A stretch of 64,000 nt of DNA, taken from Diadema antillarum (taxonomy: Eukaryota). A program made the position numbers and the translations under genes. Shown piece by piece: positions 58,033-64,000 of the stretch. A model generated the notes under the pieces. That model did not search any database, was not told the DNA's origin, and was given only the letters and a program-made list of their open reading frames with translations. The stretch spans positions 434,001 through 498,000 of the forward strand of contig NW_027270974.1 of assembly GCF_040938485.1 (NCBI RefSeq), given 5' to 3'. Position 1 is the stretch's first letter. Each line of letters opens with the position of its first letter.

Positions 58033-61000
58033 CTAAGGATCACAGGAAGGCATGTTGCCGTCGTATCGCGCCTTGCGCAGTCTCTTGCCCGACAGTGTGT
58101 CCGCACACCAGCAGGCGTTCATTGGGTGCAGACACTGCAGGGTCTCGTAGTTACCGTCCGCGTTGCACTGCGGTATGTAGAAACCGTTTCGGGGAGGGCG
58201 GTTCTTTAACTTGTTCATCACCACGCTGTGGCGGAGCTGGCAGGCTCCACGCACTGGGATAGGCAGGAGAAAACCATGATGATACAGCATGAAAGCATTT
58301 TAATAGCATTCTCACATTTCTTTAATCATAATGCTTTATAAAAAACAGAGTTTGTTGCCAGCCAGACAACTGTATCCCCTGCATCCACCATATGGCTTAT
58401 TCCATGTGTAGCATTACATTAAAGGTGAAAAAATGTTAAGAAATGATGTAGCTTCTAGGGCACACAGGAGTGCTAAAATTGATCCTTTTGCCTATCAACA
58501 GTCAGAACCCTGAGGGCGCTGTTGCCAAAGACTACAGGCAGGTAGATTCTCCAACAAGTCACACCCATAGCAAATTTTGATGCAATATCTGCTTAAAAAC
58601 GTACCTGACTAAAGCCTACAAGTACAGCGAGTTGATATTATCAAACCATTTGCCCTCAAACCAATCATAATTTCTCTAATTTCAATCAAGTCCAAACCAA
58701 TGGGAGATCTGTGAAACAATGACATAAATTCTCACATCTAATTTCAAAATGTCAATGAAACTGATATCAATGTCCCATAGAAGGCATGTGGTATAAAACC
58801 TACTGGGAAGTATTCCATGACTTTCTAAATTTAGCAGATTTCCACAAAACTACTACTGTTACATTTGCGTGATTTCATTCTATCCATTCCAGTAAACTTG
58901 GGTGCTGAGTGATGTGTCACTGGAATGTTTAACCAGACACTCCCAGCAATTGTAGGTTTGACTTGGCTTTGTAGTCTTGGCATGTCCAGATGTGAGCAAG
59001 CAAAAATCCTCTCTTGCGAGACAGACACTCTACAGGTCTGGGAAAATTTGTAAGTAGTGATGGTGCGACTGATACGGAGGGTGCAACGACAAAACTCACC
59101 TCGCGGTTCGCGGGCACACAAACAGATCTCGCAGTTGTCCTCGTCACGAGCAAAGCCGAAGCGGCAGAACATCTTGCACGTGATGCGCTGGTCACAGGTC
59201 CTGGCAGCTGATCGACCAGATTGAGGGAAAAATAATGGGATGGAAATATTACCTAACCCATGGCTCAACACTAACTTTTTTGTCACCAAAATCTTAAATT
59301 TCAAATTTTTGGTGGCCCGAGAGAAAAATTTGGTGTCCCGAAAAAAAAACCAATAAAAAACATTAAAAGTTTTTTTTAATGAGTCAAACATTTTGGTTTT
59401 ATGATAGTAAGAATTAGAAGTTGGACATATCTACTCATAAATAAACTTCAACAAACTTGCAACACTCACTCTCAGGCACTCATTCAGTCCTTTTCAGCCA
59501 TCCTTTAAAAAAAATTTAACTGCTAATTTCCGGCGCAAAAAGTTACGAATTTATTGACATACTTTTCAAAAAATTTTGGTGGCCCGAGGCGGGCCACTAA
59601 ATTTGCCCTTATTTGAAATTTGGTGGCCCGGGGCCACTGTTAGTGTCGAGCCCTGCCTAACCACACTATTCTAAAGGTCTTTTACTATGCAAGTGTAAAT
59701 GCACCTTGGACTAAACCCTTCACCTCACATTTGGTTTGAATTTGACAGTTTAAAACGGAGAAAACCAGTTCTCTGTGATTGCTAACTCGGTTTGAGGATC
59801 ACCTGATGGCATCTTCCATTGGTAGATCTACTACATGATTGTATCTTTTTCTTGTTTTGTACCATTCTCTGATATGATATTCTAGAGTTATTATATCAAC
59901 AAACATGGACAGCACAAAAAAAAAAAAAAATTAGATGCTTTGGTTACATTGCATCTAGCATTCCAGAAAGTGCAACATGACAACAGCTGCTTTTCATTTG
60001 ACTTAAATCAAAATTAGATTAAAATTACATTAGAAAAAGAAACTTTTCCCTAAATACAAGTTCAGTGGTTCTCTTGTTTTATCAAGGACTCCAATACAAC
60101 AAAATGAGCTAGTCAATATACAACTTATTTGGCACTGTACAACACCCAAAATTATTTTCTCTTGAATGTGCAGCAGTGAATATCCACAATGGCTAACTGA
60201 ACTTGACAAAAATTCATCTACCCAGCCACTTGCACCATACAAAGGGACTAAATGAATATGACATTTTTTCAAGGCACTTCAAAGACTCTAACACTGGTAT
60301 CGAAGTGGTGAATAGACTGTACACCAAGAGATTTCACCTACCTCCACCACCCTCAACAACAGTGACGGGGGCTTCCGGCACATTTCGCCCTGCAACGGGG
60401 GGTGGAACACCTAGGAAGAATGACACATAAGGGAGAAGAAAATAAATGGAGCTGTACTGATGCTTCAGTCTTGGAGGACATTATTGATTGGTAAGCACAC
60501 ATATGAAAAGTAGCAATTTGTGTTTGGACTCTCCCTCATCTTTCCTACGATAGTCTACTTACGGGGGCAGTTAGAGTAGCTGCTGTCAGCTGCGGGGTCG
60601 TCGTTCAGCAAACAGCAACCAAACTCACTGGAAGCACAGGGTCTTGGATCAGCTAGGAGGAGAGGAGAATATGAGGCAGACAAATTCAGATTCTTATTCA
60701 GATTCATCTCTACTGATCTAGGCTAGGACGTAGAAATTTTGCTTCCATTGACCTTTGTACAATAATACAAACACATCTCCCGATCACAGTTACTTGTTTC
60801 CATGACAGTTACAATGAATGTTATGAACATAACATAGATAAATCAACAAATCAAAGAAAATGTCGTTACGATAAATGATTATATCATTATGATTATGACT
60901 GCAACACCTTGACTTCTAATCAAGCACCTTGACTTCTAATCAAGCACCCAACTAAGAATTCAAGATTGATAGTATCTCATCCAATGAGTATACTGGTATA

Positions 61001-63274
61001 TGTCTACATCATATCTATTTATTACAAAATACATACTCCTGTCTATATCCATCTATCAATCTATATATCTATCCATGATATACTTATATATTCACATCTA
61101 CTAAACCATCCATCATGAGGTATACGTGTATATATCTTAAAAGCAAAACTATATTCATTTCTACTTCAGAATCACCACTTCATACACATTATATTCCACA
61201 TTTTTGTTGTAGTATTCTATTCAAGGTCTTCAGATTTGTCTACATTCTATCAGAGGGTATTGTTGATTATAATAACTGACTTATGAATATCAACACAGCT
61301 AGACTTACTGTTGCATATCTACACTTATTGGCCAATATTTCATAAAGATTGTCAACCTTTTTGTGCAAATTTCTTGGTACTCTGCTCAAAAAAGAATATC
61401 TCACTGTTTATCATCAGAACTAATTTATACAATATAATCCTGCTGTGTCAAGACATGATAAATCCCATCCATGCTTACCCCTGTCCCTCACAGTGTATCC
61501 TGGGCAGGGATCTAATAAGAAAAACAATGAACTCTAATCAATCTCAGATGTAATTTAAACTGATTCTCCATTGCACAATCTATTAGTTCATCTTCTCTGG
61601 CCACTACTTGACATAAAGGCAAATTCACTTTGTACACATTGGAAAGCTCTTCAAGAAGTATTTGAAGATTCCTGAAACAAGGTACAGTGTATACAGACAT
61701 GAGAATCAATGAGGTTTCAGTTTCAATTCTAATTTATTTCCACAAACATTCACACAAAGACAATGATTACTCATAGATGTAGGGAAACATGCATGTATCA
61801 TTTACAAAATCGCAACATGTTTATTTATCAAAGGTTGTGATAGACCTAACTAAACCACAGCTTAATGTAAAAGGTGCCACAGGATATAGAATCTGTAGCT
61901 AAGTGATAGTCATATACACAAGGTAGAATCAATCATATAATGTATACTCCACAATAAACTCTAGATAAAACAATTATCATATTTCATTCCCTACACAGAG
62001 GTTCTTCCACTGACAAATAATCATCAGTGTACATTTCTTTGAAAGCCTTAAATTAATTGGTTTCCTACCACAAACTTAAATCTTCATATACTTTGCACAC
62101 AGCCTTCCAGGTTTGAGTAGCCACTGGGTTAATGCATACTAGTAACTGTGTGTTGGTCTGGAAATATCTGTTTTGCAGTGAGAGTCTCTGACTTTCCACT
62201 CTTTCTGTTTTTGTTTTTGTTTTCCTATCTCACATCTCTATTTGGTAAGAAATGCTATGTTCAATCAATGAAATGTTAGATGTTGGACATTTGAGATCTT
62301 TACAGCACTCTGTGGCAGATTGTACACTTTCTGGTTATTTTGCACAGAAAGCTTGCTTGGCTGCAATCAATTTTGTCTATCAAGTAGTGACAAGATGTAT
62401 GTGGATGTGATTAGAACAATGAAGTCACCCACAAGACCTCCCAAAACTAACAAATGTTGGGATTTGTTGGCATGACATCATGCAAAGGAACAATACAGCA
62501 AATGAAATATGCCTAATTTCACAAGTTGCCATTGCAGCAAATCACTACAATTTTTGTTCCTGTCCCACCAATTACAAACTTTGGCACCGCAACGATGGTC
62601 AGTTTAAAGCACTTCAAGTGGGCAGGGTGGAAAATTTGAAATGGCTCACAGCAATGCAGGAATTGATTCTTCACAAGTGCTTGAACCCCCTCACAGCCAT
62701 AGGTGAAACCATTATGAGCAACAGCAAAGCAATTTTCAGACAGCAGTAACAAAAGAGATAAAAGGTGAGCATGCATAGATTCATGTGTATATTTGTGTGC
62801 GTGTGTGTGTCTGTGTGTTTCTGTGTGTCTGCGATTCTCAGTTCCATGACATTTGATCCAGCGAAAATTGCTCCCATGAAATATCTGTGCGCTAATCCAA
62901 ACATAAAACCTACCCACAAACATAACCCTAACCCTAATCCTATTCCTCACATCAAACTAAACCTAAAACCCTATCACAACCCTATCCCTAACCCCAAGTC
63001 CTTGGAGAAAATAAGACCAGTGCAATTTTCACAGGAACAAATGTCCTGTCATAATGATCCTCACCTGAACTGGGAATGATGCCTGAGAAACTCACGCAGG
63101 CGCTCTCCACCACCTCCTTGATGCGAGGCCAGAACTGGGTGTCAATCTCCTGCTGCCTTCCCAGAATCCACAGCCCCTGGGAGCTGGGGTCACATGACCC
63201 ATCCTCGTACAGTCTGTGGCAGGTGTATGTGATGGCGTAGTTGTCGTAGTCCGTATCAAGGATCCAGTAGTTGA
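58033..63274 (-). CDS. 5'-partial multidomain protein: lipocalin C-terminal half + CxxSxFGCC Cys-rich repeat + Pro-rich linker + antistasin domain + thyroglobulin type-1 domain. Exons 63065-63274, 60563-60652, 60342-60410, 59100-59207, 58033-58253
   Basis: Five exons with good GT/AG sites, all phase 1, join in one open frame: ...NYWILDTDYDNYAITYTCHRLYEDGSCD...WILGR...ESACVSFSGIIPSS|ADPRPCASSEFGCC...SNCP|RVPPPVAGRNVPEAPVTVVEGGG|AARTCDQRITCKMFCRFGFARDEDNCEICLCAREPR|VRGACQLR...YIPQCNADGNYETLQC...CWCADTLSGK...SCDP*. An alternative phase-0 donor exists at 63095. Upstream exons were not found in the window. Confidence 0.8.
59259..59655. mobile_element. CAGGGCTCGACACTAAC-TIR MITE, copy 2, with 7-bp TSD CCTAACC
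   Basis: CATGGCTCAACACTAAC...GTTAGTGTCGAGCCCTG; TSD at 59252-59258 and 59656-59662; colinear with 8447-8765 plus extra internal sequence. Confidence 0.85.
60905..60948. repeat. 20-bp tandem duplication CACCTTGACTTCTAATCAAG x2
   Basis: Two exact copies read directly. Confidence 0.95.
62848..63045. mobile_element. GACATTTG...CAAATGTC MITE with degenerate (TAACCC)n interior
   Basis: About 27-bp imperfect TIR GACATTTGATCCAGCGAAAATTGC / GCAATTTTCACAGGAACAAATGTC; lies about 20 nt inside the intron after the lipocalin exon. Confidence 0.7.
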
Positions 63275-64000
63275 CTTGTATAGGACATGAAGATTGGATA
63301 TTGAAAGCGGTGAGCGATTGGGTCAAGACTCAAGTGAGGTAAGAAATCAATCAAATATCTGGTATAAAAAAGAGAGGCTTTGAATGTACAACCATGCTGG
63401 CACTTTGGTGTAAGCACACCAATATCAACATGATCTTAACAGTCATATTGCAGTTATAGTTGAAATGCTGTATTCTAGTGAATATCTCACCACGAAAAAG
63501 ATCTTCTTTTTTTTTACAGGAAGCAAGCATATACTATTATCATTAAAAAAAAAAAAACTTGCATAAGTACATACTACATGCCATGTTCTCAAAATGCATC
63601 ACAAAATTCAGTGTCATCATTTCTTTCAAGTCTGACACAAACCTTGTCTTAACAAATTTGCGTTTGATGATTGTGGAATTCTAATGCAATATCATTTTGT
63701 GAAAATATATACACTAATTCAGTCTTTATAACAGAAATAAAAGCGCATCATTTTGTTGGAAGGGTTCAGGGAACTGAAAGTGAAAAGTCATTTCATGATT
63801 TCTGAAATATTGTGCAATATACACATAGATGGAGACTAACATAGAGTTACAGTGATTAGGAGGGAGTTACACAACAAACATCATCTTCAGCAATTTTAAT
63901 CTTCTTCAAGTGGATGTATTCATTTAAGCCATGCAAAGGTCGAAGGTCAAGAAATGTTTGCGACTGTTGCTATGAACAGACGAGGAGTTGGGGGGATGGT

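Noticed and set aside
63065-63095. Using the GTGAGT donor at 63095 as the end of the lipocalin exon
   Set aside because: It is phase 0 and breaks the frame with the next exon; the CAG|GTGAGG donor at 63064 keeps the frame. Retained only as a possible alternative.

Overview
AT-rich animal genomic DNA with spliced genes. It looks like an invertebrate deuterostome such as an echinoderm, but that is an inference from gene structure and repeat style. There are two N gaps (54624-54758, 56601-56838). By hand-splicing I reconstruct six protein-coding genes: ARPC5 (+, 4 exons, first intron U12-type), SURF4 (-, 5 exons), URM1 (+, 5 exons), an intronless POP7/Rpp20 ORF starting 128 nt after the URM1 stop on the same strand, an intronless TMEM121/CECR6-family membrane protein (-), and the 3' part of a multidomain gene (-) joining a lipocalin domain, a Cys-rich repeat, an antistasin domain and a thyroglobulin type-1 domain through phase-1 introns. 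Introns and intergenic DNA hold many non-autonomous elements: several MITE families, a Helentron-associated (HINE) element, a foldback-like element, an LTR-like insert, tRNA-derived elements and a Penelope-like end with a decayed hammerhead. The strongest leads are the operon-like URM1-POP7 pair (two tRNA-maturation genes that may share one transcript) and the lipocalin-protease-inhibitor fusion gene. All homology calls come from my recall of family sequences; no database search was run.
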